A stretch of DNA of 64,000 bases from Candidatus Latescibacterota bacterium (lineage in GTDB: Bacteria; Latescibacterota; UBA2968; UBA8231), in the NCBI GenBank assembly GCA_965223905.1, contig CBDCXV010000010.1, forward strand, positions 1,504,001 to 1,568,000. The letters run 5' to 3'. A program made the position numbers and the translations under genes. The notes beneath the pieces are model-generated. The model did no database searches, was not told the origin of the DNA, and was given only the letters and a program-made list of their open reading frames with translations. Shown here piece by piece: positions 37,781 to 47,445 of this stretch (positions are counted from its first letter, which is position 1; each line of letters starts with the position of its first letter).

Positions 37781-38353
37781 TTGCGAGGGACGGAGAGCAA
37801 TCCCGACGGCATCGGCGCGCGGGTCTCCGTTCACAGCGGGGGGCGGGTCCTTGTCCGCGAGGTCAACGGAACCTCCGGGCTGGCGCAGGGCAGTCGAGTG
37901 CAGCATGTCGGGCTGGGAAGCGGCGGACTGGACTCGGTCAGCGTGCACTGGCCCAGCGGCCGCATCGAAAGCTTCCGGGACATGGAGGGGAACAGGACAA
38001 CGCGGTTGGTCGAGGGCGAGCCTATCACCGCGGTGGCGGAGCCGGTGGTTCCGAATCCGGCATTTGCCCTGGCGCCCAACTATCCCAATCCTTTCAACCT
38101 GACAACGGTGATTCCTTTCAGCGGGGGCGCCGGGAGGATGCGGTTGATTGTGTACAACTCCCTGGGCCAGCGCGTTCGCGCCCTGTTCGAAACAACGGTG
38201 GCACAAGCCCGCGTCTTTCGGGTCGTCTGGGACGGGTTGACAGATGCCGGAGCGCCTGCGGCGTCGGGGGTATACCTCGCACGTCTCACTTTCCACCCTT
38301 CAGACGGCGGGGGCGTGCGTCACAAGACGCGCTCGCTGCTGCTGCTGAGGTGA
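37781..38353 (+). CDS. ASPIC/UnbV domain plus FlgD-like/T9SS-type C-terminal domain; probably a 5'-truncated remnant
   Basis: GTESNPDGIGARV, HVGLG, VHWPSG, then NYPNPFN..TVIPF, VYNSLGQRVR.L, WDG....G..ASGVY; no signal peptide or FG-GAP repeats. Confidence 0.78.
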   Translation: MRGTESNPDGIGARVSVHSGGRVLVREVNGTSGLAQGSRVQHVGLGSGGLDSVSVHWPSGRIESFRDMEGNRTTRLVEGEPITAVAEPVVPNPAFALAPNYPNPFNLTTVIPFSGGAGRMRLIVYNSLGQRVRALFETTVAQARVFRVVWDGLTDAGAPAASGVYLARLTFHPSDGGGVRHKTRSLLLLR

Positions 38354-38359
38354 ACGACC

Positions 38360-39112
38360 ATGCGAAAAATCCCTGCTTGCCCAGCTTCCATCCTCCTGAT
38401 ATTTACGGCGGTCCTGGCCGCGACTTCGCCGGAGTGCTTCGGGCAACCTCCGCAGGAGGACGAGTTCCTGGCCGGGCGGATGCGCATGGTGGCGCAAGAC
38501 CTCGCCGCGCGCGACATAACAGATTCTACCGTGCTCGCGGTAATGGCCCGGGTTCCGAGGCATCTGTATGTCCCCGAAGACCTGCGACGCTACGCCTACC
38601 GCGACAGCCCCCTGCCGATTGGCGAGGATCAGACCATCTCGCAGCCGTACATCGTCGCCTTCATGACGCAGGCGATGAATCTGAGCCCCGATGACCGCGT
38701 GCTGGAAATCGGTACCGGTTCGGGCTATCAGGCCGCCGTTCTCGGCGAAATCGCCGCCGAGGTGTACACGATCGAAATCGTTCCCGCGCTCGCGGAGCGC
38801 TCTCAGGCGTTGCTGCGCGATCTCGGGTACGCAAACATCCACGTGCGCACCGGGGACGGGTATTTCGGCTGGCCGGAAGAGGCGCCGTTCGACGCCATCA
38901 TCGTCACCGCGGCGCCGAACCACGTACCGCAGGCCCTCGTCAACCAGCTGGCCGACGGCGCCCGCCTCGTGATGCCGGTCGGCGATGCCTACCAGGAACT
39001 GATTCGCATTACCCGCCGCGGCGATACGCACACGACCGAGCGTCTCCTGCCGGTGCGCTTCGTGCCGATGACGGGACAAGCGGAAGCTGTCGCCGATTCA
39101 GTACATCGCTGA
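38360..39112 (+). CDS. pcm: Protein-L-isoaspartate O-methyltransferase
   Basis: VPRH, QTISQPY, VLEIGTGSGYQAA, APFDAIIVTAA, VRFVPM; N-terminal hydrophobic leader. Confidence 0.96.
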   Translation: MRKIPACPASILLIFTAVLAATSPECFGQPPQEDEFLAGRMRMVAQDLAARDITDSTVLAVMARVPRHLYVPEDLRRYAYRDSPLPIGEDQTISQPYIVAFMTQAMNLSPDDRVLEIGTGSGYQAAVLGEIAAEVYTIEIVPALAERSQALLRDLGYANIHVRTGDGYFGWPEEAPFDAIIVTAAPNHVPQALVNQLADGARLVMPVGDAYQELIRITRRGDTHTTERLLPVRFVPMTGQAEAVADSVHR

Positions 39113-39235
39113 TCTCAGGTACCCCCAGTCGGCGCGTCTCCAGCAGCCCCCGGGGGAGCGGTGCGGAGGCGGTGTCGCCGATTCAGTACGCCGCTGATCT
39201 CGGAGGTACCCCAGTCGCCGCGTTTCCGGCTGCCG
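39088..39235. repeat. Imperfect direct repeat (offset 85 bp) covering the pcm stop region
   Basis: tgtcgccgattcagtac identical at 39088-39104 and 39173-39189; continues cgctgatctc, aggtacccc, agtcg.cgcgt.tcc. Confidence 0.92.
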
Positions 39236-39262
39236 TGAGGGGGTATGCCTAGGCAGGTTGTC

Positions 39263-40219
39263 CTATATGCGTCCGGATACCGAAAGTCTGTGGACAATGC
39301 CCAGCGAGGGGTAGGATGCGTAGGCGTAATCGAGCCGGTAACGCTGGAGCTCGACGCCGGCGCCCGCGGTTAGTCCGATTGCGTCCTCCCCCTGCTCACC
39401 GGTCTGCTGCAGGCTGTACCCGGGACGCAGGAACAGCGTGTTCCCGACCTGCAACTCGGCACCGAAGGCGAAGAACGGGTCGCCGTCATTAGGCAGGTTA
39501 ACGTCAGCGAGCAGGATCAGGGGCAGGGGGGCGTGTGCCGGACGATGGGAGATGCCGGCCCGGACGACCACCGGCAGCGAGTCCTTGAAGCCGCCGGTGT
39601 AGCCGCTACGCACGCCACCCATGTTGGAGATCGAGACTCCCAGTTTCATTCCCTTGATCGGTCCGTCGGCGAGGAGGCCGAGGTCCAGGGCATAGGCGTC
39701 GGAGGTGTAGTCCTGGATGCTCGAGTAGATCACCTTGAGGCTTGCTCCCACTACGAGGCGGCGCCATACCCTCTGGGCGGCAGTCACCGAGGTGGCGAGC
39801 TCGAAGGCGCCGAAGCTTCCCAGGTCCTGGCCGTCGGCATCGGTGTGCCGCATCGTGCCGTAGGAGAAGTAGTTGACGCTTCCCGCCCAGACGCGGCTCT
39901 CGCCGGGAACGGCGATGCTGATGAACCCGGCCTCGGTGTCGACGAGATAGCTGGCCAGAGAGACGACCCCGGCCCGTTGGCTCAGGCCGTGCAGTCCCGC
40001 GGGGTTGAAGGCGCTGGCTTCCATCTCTCCGGCAACCGCGGCGTAGGCACCGCCGAGTGCGGTGGCCCTGGCGCCCACGGGGATCTTGAGAAAGTTGAAC
40101 CCGGTCGTACCGGCGTTTTCGTTGATTGCGAGCGCGGGTTGCGATGCCGGGAAGAGGGCGAGGAGGGCGGCAAAGGCGACGGCGGCAACTCGCATGGGAA
40201 GGTGTTGCACGAGGGTCAT
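39263..40219 (-). CDS. PorV/PorQ-family (UPF0164-like) outer-membrane beta-barrel
   Basis: ATG 40219 overlaps gatA TGA; signal peptide; [27 protein letters not shown]...LG.VHRLS. Confidence 0.82.
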   Translation of the reverse strand: MTLVQHLPMRVAAVAFAALLALFPASQPALAINENAGTTGFNFLKIPVGARATALGGAYAAVAGEMEASAFNPAGLHGLSQRAGVVSLASYLVDTEAGFISIAVPGESRVWAGSVNYFSYGTMRHTDADGQDLGSFGAFELATSVTAAQRVWRRLVVGASLKVIYSSIQDYTSDAYALDLGLLADGPIKGMKLGVSISNMGGVRSGYTGGFKDSLPVVVRAGISHRPAHAPLPLILLADVNLPNDGDPFFAFGAELQVGNTLFLRPGYSLQQTGEQGEDAIGLTAGAGVELQRYRLDYAYASYPSLGIVHRLSVSGRI

Positions 40220-41664
40220 GCGCAGATCTCTTCGAGGTTGCGGGCGGCTCGAAGCATGGCCGCCTCGTGAAATGGGGGAGCCAGAAGCTGCGCCCCGATC
40301 GGAAGCCCTTCGCCGGATGTGGTCAGCGGCACGGCGATGCCGGGCAGCCCGGCGAGGTTCACGGATACCGTGTATATGTCGTTGAGGTACATCTCCAGCG
40401 GATCGTCGAGCTGCTCCCCGAGGCGGAAGGCGGTGGTCGGGGCCACCGGCGACAGGATGACGTCGCACGACTCGAAGGCGCGCTCGAAGTCGCGCCGTAT
40501 GAGGGTGCGGACTTTCTGCGCCTTGAGGTAGTAGGCGTCGTAGTAGCCGGCGCTGAGCACGTAGGTCCCCAGGGCGATGCGGCGCTTCACTTCGGCACCG
40601 AAGCCGCGGCTGCGGGAGGCGCGGTACATCTCGCCGAGATCCTCCCTGCCGTTGGCGCAACGGGTTCCGTACTTGACCCCGTCGTAGCGGGCGAGGTTGG
40701 CCGATGCCTCGGCCATGGCGATGATGTAGTAGGAGCTGATGCAGTATTCCGGGTGCGCGGCAACCTCGAGCGACACGTCGACCAGCTCGGCCCCGTTCGC
40801 CTCCATGGCCGCGGCCGCCTTCTCGACGGCGGCGCGAATCTCCGGGTCCAGTCCGGTGGCGAAATGCTGCCTGACCATGCCGACCTTCAGCCCGTCGAGC
40901 CCTCCCTCGAGCCCGGCGACGTAGTCGGGCACCGGCTCGTCGACCGAGGTGGAGTCGCGCGGGTCGCGGCCGGCGATCGCCCCCAGCAGCAGGGCCGCAT
41001 CTTCGACGTCCCTGGTGACGCAGCCGATCTGATCGAGTGAGGAAGCGTACGCCACCAGCCCGTAGCGGGAAACGCGGCCGTAGGTCGGCTTGACCCCGAC
41101 GACGCCGCAGTACGAGGCTGGTTGCCGCACCGAGCCTCCGGTATCGGATCCCAGGGCGGCGATCGCTTCTTGCGCCGCCACCGCCGCGGCCGAACCCCCG
41201 CTGCTGCCACCGGCGACGCGGCTGCTGTCTACGGGATTGCGCACCGGCCCGAAGATGGTGTTCTCGCTCGAGGAGCCCATGGCGAACTCGTCCATGTTGG
41301 TCTTGCCGAGGAGGACGGCGTCGGCGGCGCGGAGCCTTGACACCGCACCGGCGTCGTAGGGGGCGACGTAATCCCGCAATATCCCGCTGGCGCAGGTGGT
41401 CCGCCCGCCGCGCACGCAGATCACGTCCTTGACGGCGATCGGAACTCCTGCCATAGGCCCCAACTCCTCTCCCGCCGCCTTTCTGCGGTCGATCCGTTCG
41501 GCTTCGGAGAGGGCGCCTTCGGCATCGACCGAGACGTATGCGTTTATCACGGGGTCGACTTCGTCGATCCGGTCGAGCACCGCCCGGGTGATCTCGACCG
41601 AGGTCGCCGCGCCCGTCCTGATCTGATCGGCCGCGGCGCTCGCGGTCAGCTGGTGGGAGGACAC
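40216..41664 (-). CDS. gatA: Asp-tRNA(Asn)/Glu-tRNA(Gln) amidotransferase subunit A
   Basis: GTG 41664; [38 protein letters not shown]. Confidence 0.97.
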   Translation of the reverse strand: MSSHQLTASAAADQIRTGAATSVEITRAVLDRIDEVDPVINAYVSVDAEGALSEAERIDRRKAAGEELGPMAGVPIAVKDVICVRGGRTTCASGILRDYVAPYDAGAVSRLRAADAVLLGKTNMDEFAMGSSSENTIFGPVRNPVDSSRVAGGSSGGSAAAVAAQEAIAALGSDTGGSVRQPASYCGVVGVKPTYGRVSRYGLVAYASSLDQIGCVTRDVEDAALLLGAIAGRDPRDSTSVDEPVPDYVAGLEGGLDGLKVGMVRQHFATGLDPEIRAAVEKAAAAMEANGAELVDVSLEVAAHPEYCISSYYIIAMAEASANLARYDGVKYGTRCANGREDLGEMYRASRSRGFGAEVKRRIALGTYVLSAGYYDAYYLKAQKVRTLIRRDFERAFESCDVILSPVAPTTAFRLGEQLDDPLEMYLNDIYTVSVNLAGLPGIAVPLTTSGEGLPIGAQLLAPPFHEAAMLRAARNLEEICA

Positions 41665-41725
41665 GGTCGTAGTACGGCGTGTTGTTTCGATGCAGCAGCC
41701 GGGTGGGGTTCGCGCGTTCGCCAGA

Positions 41726-42031
41726 TCAGCTCCGCTGCTGGGTCTCTTCGGTCTTTTCGCCCTCCCCGGGAGCCGCGGGTGAGGCTTCCTTGCCCCGGTC
41801 AGCCGCCCCTTGCCGCGCGACCTGATCGGCCGGGCTTTCGGGCGCTTTGGGGGCAGAGTTAGAGACGGTGTTGGCGATGTCGACTTCGTCCTGGACGTCG
41901 CGCACGGCCTTGCGGAATTCACGAATGCCCTTGCCCATGCCCTGCGCCATCTCTGGAATCCGCTTGGCGCCGAAAATCAGCAGGACGACCAGGAAGATTA
42001 TGAGTATTTCCCAATGACCCATGCCGAACAT
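41726..42031 (-). CDS. tatA: Twin-arginine translocase TatA/E subunit
   Basis: [27 protein letters not shown]....[10 protein letters not shown]. Confidence 0.95.
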   Translation of the reverse strand: MFGMGHWEILIIFLVVLLIFGAKRIPEMAQGMGKGIREFRKAVRDVQDEVDIANTVSNSAPKAPESPADQVARQGAADRGKEASPAAPGEGEKTEETQQRS

Positions 42032-42071
42032 TGCTGTCCTCCGATCGGAATTGGAACGCCACCGACGTCTG

Positions 42072-42353
42072 TCAATAAGAGTACTTGAAATAGTACCACC
42101 CGGCGAGGATGCCGAGCAGGGTGATGACGTTGAAGTGCAAAGCGAGCTTGAACTCGAACGACAGGATAATCAGGTTCAGCATGTGGGGGCCGACAGACCA
42201 ATTGACGTAATTGAGCAAGGCGCGCTCGACGATAGTGCCGTCCCCGACCGCCAGGTGCAGAAGTTGGCGAAGTGCTTCGCCGATCACGTTGGCGCCGAGG
42301 ACGCAGAGGAACAGTACGAGGATGAGGTGAAATGCGGATTTTTCCCTGAGCAT
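42072..42353 (-). CDS. Small membrane protein (DUF4321-like)
   Basis: 93 aa, hydrophobic ends, LNL.ILSF.F.L..NVITLLG; in operon order. Confidence 0.7.
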   Translation of the reverse strand: MLREKSAFHLILVLFLCVLGANVIGEALRQLLHLAVGDGTIVERALLNYVNWSVGPHMLNLIILSFEFKLALHFNVITLLGILAGWYYFKYSY

Positions 42354-42368
42354 GCGCCGCGCCGACGG

Positions 42369-43079
42369 TCAGGCGTGCTGAGTGACTTCGTGCCTGAACA
42401 TGCCTGCGACCCATCGATAGATGCCGCTGGCCATGTAGACCAGAGTCAACGGAAAGAAGAAGCCCTTCGATGTGCTGGGATAGATGACGAGAGCGACCGA
42501 GCCCAGGAAGAACAGCTGCCTGAAACGATCGCCGAAGGAGGAGGAACGGAAGCTGGGGACCTTGTCGAAGGCGAGGCGGCTGATCATCAGGTAGCCGAGG
42601 GACAGCACCAGCAGGGCGGCGAGAACGGCGGCGTGCCTGGTTTCCCAGGCGTGCTGGGTGAACACGACGTACTGGGTCAGGACGATGGCCGCACCGGGAA
42701 TCGGCATCCCCATGAACAGGTCCGTCTTTTCATCCTTGTGGCTCAGCACGTTGAAGCGGGCGAGCCGGAGGGCGCCGCAGAGCAGGAACAGAAAGGAAAG
42801 GACCAACCCCCAGGGGGAACTCAGCACGCTCAGGTAAATCATTGTGGCCGGAACCACTCCGAAGGTGCACAGGTCGACGAGGGAATCGAATTCGATTCCA
42901 AATGAGGTGTCCTTGCCGACGAAGCGGGCGATGCGTCCGTCCATGGCATCGAGGGCGGCTCCGAGCACGACCAGCCAGGCCGCGGGAACGTAGCGGCCCT
43001 CGATCACGTACTGCAGGGCCAGAAAAGCGCAGAACAGATTGCCGACGGTGAACATGTTGGGAAGCAGCAGTCGGTACAT
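42369..43079 (-). CDS. pssA: CDP-diacylglycerol--serine O-phosphatidyltransferase
   Basis: LPNMFT.GNL, DAMDGRIAR, FG.EFDSL.D, LRLARFN; ATG overlaps psd TGA. Confidence 0.94.
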   Translation of the reverse strand: MYRLLLPNMFTVGNLFCAFLALQYVIEGRYVPAAWLVVLGAALDAMDGRIARFVGKDTSFGIEFDSLVDLCTFGVVPATMIYLSVLSSPWGLVLSFLFLLCGALRLARFNVLSHKDEKTDLFMGMPIPGAAIVLTQYVVFTQHAWETRHAAVLAALLVLSLGYLMISRLAFDKVPSFRSSSFGDRFRQLFFLGSVALVIYPSTSKGFFFPLTLVYMASGIYRWVAGMFRHEVTQHA

Positions 43080-43711
43080 CACTCGCACACCCCTATGATG
43101 GTCTCTCCCGCCCGGACGCGGTCACCCACCTCGACGGTAATCCGCACCCTCTGCGGCAGTACGTGGTCGACCCGGGACCCGAAACGGATGAGCCCGAAGC
43201 GCTGCCCCAGGGCAACCTCGTCACCTTCCGACAGGTAACAGGCGATGCGCCGGGCAAGGACGCCGACGATCTGCTTGACGACGAGCCGGGTGGCCCCATT
43301 GCTGATCCCGATGACGCTCTGCTGGTTCTTCGAGGACGCGTCCGGCCGGTAAGCGGCCTGGAACCCGCCTCGAACACGGGTGACGAAATCGACCGTGCCC
43401 TCGATGGGAACCCGGTTGACGTGGACGTCGAGGGGAGACAGGAAAACGGAGATGCGCGTGCCGAGGCCGTCGAGGTATTCCTCTTCGACGGGCTGTATCT
43501 CCACGACTTTGCCGTCGGCTGCAGAGACCACGGCGCCGGCCTGCTGCGGGGGGTTGCGCAGCGGATCGCGGAAAAAGAAGGCCATGAAACAGGCGAGCAC
43601 CCCGAAGAGGATGACGCCGTATTGAATGAAGGGAACGACCTGTGCCGCGGCCCAGCAGGCCAGTGCCACCCCGATGGCGCCGGCGACGAACGGCCACCCT
43701 TCGCGCGCCAC
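43079..43711 (-). CDS. psd: Phosphatidylserine decarboxylase proenzyme
   Basis: FFRDP.R, SAADGKV, FLSPLDVHVNR.P, IRFGSRVD cleavage motif. Confidence 0.95.
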   Translation of the reverse strand: MAREGWPFVAGAIGVALACWAAAQVVPFIQYGVILFGVLACFMAFFFRDPLRNPPQQAGAVVSAADGKVVEIQPVEEEYLDGLGTRISVFLSPLDVHVNRVPIEGTVDFVTRVRGGFQAAYRPDASSKNQQSVIGISNGATRLVVKQIVGVLARRIACYLSEGDEVALGQRFGLIRFGSRVDHVLPQRVRITVEVGDRVRAGETIIGVCE

Positions 43712-43712
43712 G

Positions 43713-44855
43713 TCAATCCCACCTGCGAGGGGAGCGCGGGTGCTCTTCGACTCCGAATGAAACCGGGACGAGGCGGCCGTTCTGGAGGAGATCGAGGTGG
43801 CAGGTTTCGCCGACCCGGAGACCTTCCAGGACTCCCTTGACTGCTTCGGCGCTTTCGAGGTAGTCGCCGTTTACCCTGACGATGACGTCGCCGCGCTCTA
43901 GGTCGGCCTCGTACGCCGGGCTGCCGGTGGCGACCGAGACGACCAGGGCTCCGTCGGTGTCCGGAAGATCGAGGTATTCTGCCAGGCGGGGGGTCAAGTT
44001 CTGCAGCTCGAGGATGCCCGTCCAGGGCCGGCGCACCCGCCCGTGAGTGGCGATCTCGTCGAGAAAGCGGCGGGCGTAGTTGATGGGAATGGCAAATCCG
44101 ATGCCGATCGAGCCGATGTCGTACTCATTTGCGGTATAGATGAAACTGTTGATCCCGATGACCTCGCCGTGGGCATTGGCGAGCGGGCCGCCACTGTTCC
44201 CCGGGTTGATCGAAGCGTCGGTCTGGATCATGTCGCGGTAGTAGTAGTCGCCCTGCGGCTCGGGAAAGTCGAGATCCAGGGCGGAGACGACTCCGGCGCT
44301 CACGGCAGGTCCGAGGTCGAAAGGATTGCCGATCGCAATCGCCCACTCGCCGACCAAAATATCGTCGGAATCACCGAGGTCTGCAACGGGAAGGTCGTCG
44401 GCGTCCACCTTCAGGACCGCCAGGTCTATCGTAAAATCTGAACCTATGTACCGGGCCGGGAGCGAGCGGCCGTCGGGAAGGGAGACCTCGATCTTCGGGG
44501 CGATTCGGCTCCTGCTCCTGCCGATGACGTGGTCGTTGGTCAGCACGTGTCCGTTTGCCGTTACGACCAGCCCGGAACCGCCGGAGATGCGGTCCCGAGA
44601 TCCGCGGTAGAGGTATAAATCCTTCCGAGAGAACGGGAAGAAGAAGTCGCGGAAGGGATCCCGGTACCGGTAGTAAACCGGCTCGGTATGGATCACGTGG
44701 ATGCTGGCGACCGAGGGCTTCACCCGTTCCGCCGCCCTAACGATGGCGGTTCGCCGCGATTCCTCCAGATCTCCCGCAGCTTCGGAGTGGAGGGAAAAAA
44801 GGAGGAGAAAAAGGGTGAAACAGCGGCGTGAAGCGAGGGGGGGAAGAGTGCTCAT
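43713..44855 (-). CDS. HtrA/DegP-type serine protease with one PDZ domain
   Basis: LTNDHV, DLAVLK, IQTDASINPGNSGGPL, PDZ with GSPA..A.L..GDVI. Confidence 0.94.
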   Translation of the reverse strand: MSTLPPLASRRCFTLFLLLFSLHSEAAGDLEESRRTAIVRAAERVKPSVASIHVIHTEPVYYRYRDPFRDFFFPFSRKDLYLYRGSRDRISGGSGLVVTANGHVLTNDHVIGRSRSRIAPKIEVSLPDGRSLPARYIGSDFTIDLAVLKVDADDLPVADLGDSDDILVGEWAIAIGNPFDLGPAVSAGVVSALDLDFPEPQGDYYYRDMIQTDASINPGNSGGPLANAHGEVIGINSFIYTANEYDIGSIGIGFAIPINYARRFLDEIATHGRVRRPWTGILELQNLTPRLAEYLDLPDTDGALVVSVATGSPAYEADLERGDVIVRVNGDYLESAEAVKGVLEGLRVGETCHLDLLQNGRLVPVSFGVEEHPRSPRRWD

Positions 44856-44883
44856 GTTATGTAAGTGTCGTAATAATAGTATT

Positions 44884-45678
44884 TTACGAAGGTATCCTCA
44901 AGGGGGGCGGGCTTTCCTCAGGGTAGTTCACTGCCAGCAGGCAAAGTCCCCTGGCCGGTGCCGTGGGCCCGGCCAGCTGCCGCACCTCATAGCGCTCCCC
45001 ACCCCCTTCGACATCCCCCCGCAGAGAGGGGGACAGGTCGGGGCCCCGCTTTCCGAGGCCGATTTCCACCAGGGTGCCCACGATGATGCGGACCATGTGG
45101 CGCAGAAACCGGTTCGCCTCGACTTCAAAACGCATCTCGGGGCCTTTGCGTTCCCACCCGCAATCGAGCACGGTGCAGGTGAAGCTGTCGGGAACCGGGT
45201 GCTGGTTGCAGAAGGCGCGGAAATCGTGGGTCCCGGCCAAGCCGGATGCCGCCTCGGCCATGAGGTCGAAATCGAGGCGGCGCCGGAAGGTCCACACCCA
45301 ACGGCGCTCGAGCGCGGTCTTGCGGGTGGCGATGCGATAACGGTAGCGCTTGCTGACGGCGCTGTAGCGGGCGTGGAAATCCGCGGCAGCCTCGGCAGCG
45401 GACCTTATCGAGATGTCCGCGGGCAGGAGGCTGTTGAGGGCGCGGCAGATCCGGTCGGGAGGGAGGTCCGTCCCGGTTCTGAAATGGGCGACCTGCCCCA
45501 GGGCATGGGTACCGGCATCGGTGCGTCCCGACCCGACCGGGGTCACCGGTTCCTGCAGGAGCTCGCGCAGGGCCCGGGCGAGCTCTCCCTGAACGGTGCG
45601 GCCGCGGGCCTGGATCTGCCAGCCGAGGAAATCGGTACCGTCGTACTCGAGGTCGAGGCGGATGGTGCGGGAGCTCAC
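44884..45678 (-). CDS. truA: tRNA pseudouridine(38-40) synthase
   Basis: GTG 45678 overlapping ecfT TGA; YDGT.F.GWQ, GRTDAGTHA.GQ, FHARY, FLRHMVR, TAPARGL. Confidence 0.96.
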   Translation of the reverse strand: MSSRTIRLDLEYDGTDFLGWQIQARGRTVQGELARALRELLQEPVTPVGSGRTDAGTHALGQVAHFRTGTDLPPDRICRALNSLLPADISIRSAAEAAADFHARYSAVSKRYRYRIATRKTALERRWVWTFRRRLDFDLMAEAASGLAGTHDFRAFCNQHPVPDSFTCTVLDCGWERKGPEMRFEVEANRFLRHMVRIIVGTLVEIGLGKRGPDLSPSLRGDVEGGGERYEVRQLAGPTAPARGLCLLAVNYPEESPPPLRIPS

Positions 45679-46496
45679 GGGGCCAGGAACGGTCGCAGCG
45701 AGTGAGCGACCATGAGGGCCGCGGCCGAGACGACGACGGCTGCCGCGGCCAGGTCGGCCCTGGAAAAGGAGAGCTCGCGAAAACTCGTGCGGCCTTCGCC
45801 CCCCTGGTAACAGCGGCTCTCCATGGCGACCGCCAGGCGGTCGGCGCGGTCGAAGGCCGACAGGAACAGCGGCACCAGAAGTGGCACCATCTGTCGTGCC
45901 CGCCTCAACAGGCCCCCGCCGAAATCCGCCCCGCGCGCCAGCTGCGCCTTCCTGATGCGCTCCGCCTCCTCGGCGAGCACCGGGATGAAGCGCAGGGCGA
46001 TGGCGATCATCATGGCGAACTCGTGGGCCGGGAAACCGATGCGCTGCAAGGGGCGGAGCATGCGCTCGAGGCCGTCGGTCAACGCCAGGGGCGGGGTCGT
46101 CAGGGTCATCAGGGCGGCGACGGTGACCATCGTCGCCAGACGCCAGCAGAACAGCAGTCCGAAGCGCAGCCCCTCCTGCGACACCGACCACTGCAGTCCG
46201 GGGATGTGAACCAGGACCCGCCCGGGGGTCATCAGGGCGTGCAGGATGACGGTGAAGGCGAACAGCCACAGGAACGGTTTCAGGTTCGCGAGCAGGGTGG
46301 TCGCCGGTATTTTCGCCAGCCGGATCGCCAGAACCAGGAAGGCAGTGAAAAGAATCAGCGGCAGGGCGGCGTCCAGGGTCAGGGCGGAGGTCATCAGCAG
46401 GAGGGCCGACAGGAGCTTGGTGCGCGGGTCGAGGCGGTGCACTACCGAATCGGTGTCGACGTACTTGCCGAGGGCGATGTTGCTCAGGATTCTCAA
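45675..46496 (-). CDS. ecfT: Energy-coupling factor transporter transmembrane subunit T
   Basis: TTG 46496; G.Y....S.VH.LDPR.K, IALRFIP, AQ.ARG, AMESR; hydrophobic segments. Confidence 0.92.
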   Translation of the reverse strand: MRILSNIALGKYVDTDSVVHRLDPRTKLLSALLLMTSALTLDAALPLILFTAFLVLAIRLAKIPATTLLANLKPFLWLFAFTVILHALMTPGRVLVHIPGLQWSVSQEGLRFGLLFCWRLATMVTVAALMTLTTPPLALTDGLERMLRPLQRIGFPAHEFAMMIAIALRFIPVLAEEAERIRKAQLARGADFGGGLLRRARQMVPLLVPLFLSAFDRADRLAVAMESRCYQGGEGRTSFRELSFSRADLAAAAVVVSAAALMVAHSLRPFLAP

Positions 46497-46527
46497 GGCC
46501 TGCCCGCGGACTCCCGCATCCGGTCCC

Positions 46528-47445
46528 TCAAGGGCGCGGATGATAGCTGCGGTGGACCTCGAGGAGCCGGTGGTCCGGGCGCTTGGCGTAGACCTGGGTC
46601 GAGGTAATCCGGGCATGGCCGAGCAGCAGCTGGACATCCTGCAGCGGCGCCCCTCCGTCGAGGAGATGGCTGGCGAAGCTGTGGCGCAGCACCCCGGGGC
46701 TGACGCGGCCGGTTATTCCGGCTGCATCGGCCGCGGCGCGGAGGATTTTCCACACCCCCATCCGCGACAGCCGCCTCCCTGCCGAGTTGACGAAGAACGC
46801 GGGATGGTCGGTACCGGTCACCAGGCCGGGACGCCCCTGTTCTTCGTAGCGGCGCAGGGCGAGGACCGCCTGCCGTCCGAGAGGAACGGCGCGGGGATTC
46901 CCGCCGGCGCGGACGCGGACCAGGGCCTCGTCGAGCTGCAGCCAGGAGCGCTCCAGAGCGATCAGCTCCGATACCCTCAGCCCCGAGGCGTAGAGGAGCT
47001 CGAGGATGGCGCGGTTTCTCAGCTCGAGAGGGGTGTCGCCGGCGATGCCGTTCAGGAGGCGCTCCACCTCTTCCACCGGCAGCACCTCCGGTGAGCCGCG
47101 TTCGGCTTCGGGGGCCTCGAGATCTTCCGTCGGATCGGACCGGCACACCCCCTCGAGCAGGAGAAAGCGATGGAAACCCCGGATACAGCTGAGGTTGCGG
47201 GCAACCGTGGCGGGGCTGAACCCGGCGTCGACGAGCTGGCCGAGGGTGCGACGCAACAGCTCCCCTGTGACCGATTGGAGATCGGTCACCCCCCTGCGGT
47301 GGAGACCTGCCAGATACCGCTCCAGGTCGCCCCGGTACGCCGATCTGGTGCCGGGGGAGAGATGCTGTCGATCGAGGAACTGCGCCAGCATGTTCTCGAA
47401 CGGCGGGGGAACTTCGCTGCCTGTCGCCGCTGCCGGCCTGTTCAT
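46528..47445 (-). CDS. XerD-like tyrosine recombinase with altered catalytic residues
   Basis: ATG 47445 overlaps uvrC TGA; ELLYASGLRVSEL, LRHSFASH, LLGHA...TQVY, YHPR; GKG.K and HxxR motifs altered. Confidence 0.88.
   Translation of the reverse strand: MNRPAAATGSEVPPPFENMLAQFLDRQHLSPGTRSAYRGDLERYLAGLHRRGVTDLQSVTGELLRRTLGQLVDAGFSPATVARNLSCIRGFHRFLLLEGVCRSDPTEDLEAPEAERGSPEVLPVEEVERLLNGIAGDTPLELRNRAILELLYASGLRVSELIALERSWLQLDEALVRVRAGGNPRAVPLGRQAVLALRRYEEQGRPGLVTGTDHPAFFVNSAGRRLSRMGVWKILRAAADAAGITGRVSPGVLRHSFASHLLDGGAPLQDVQLLLGHARITSTQVYAKRPDHRLLEVHRSYHPRP

Noticed and set aside
36401-39235. CRISPR array from the 28-bp and 85-bp-period repeats
   Set aside because: Two copies each, no spacer in the first case, and no cas genes.
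44856-44890. AT-rich gtaagtgtcgtaataatagtattttac as a dif/Xer site near the xer-like gene
   Set aside because: Dyad symmetry is weak and there is no TTATGTTAAAT-like arm; equally explained as the htrA promoter/leader.
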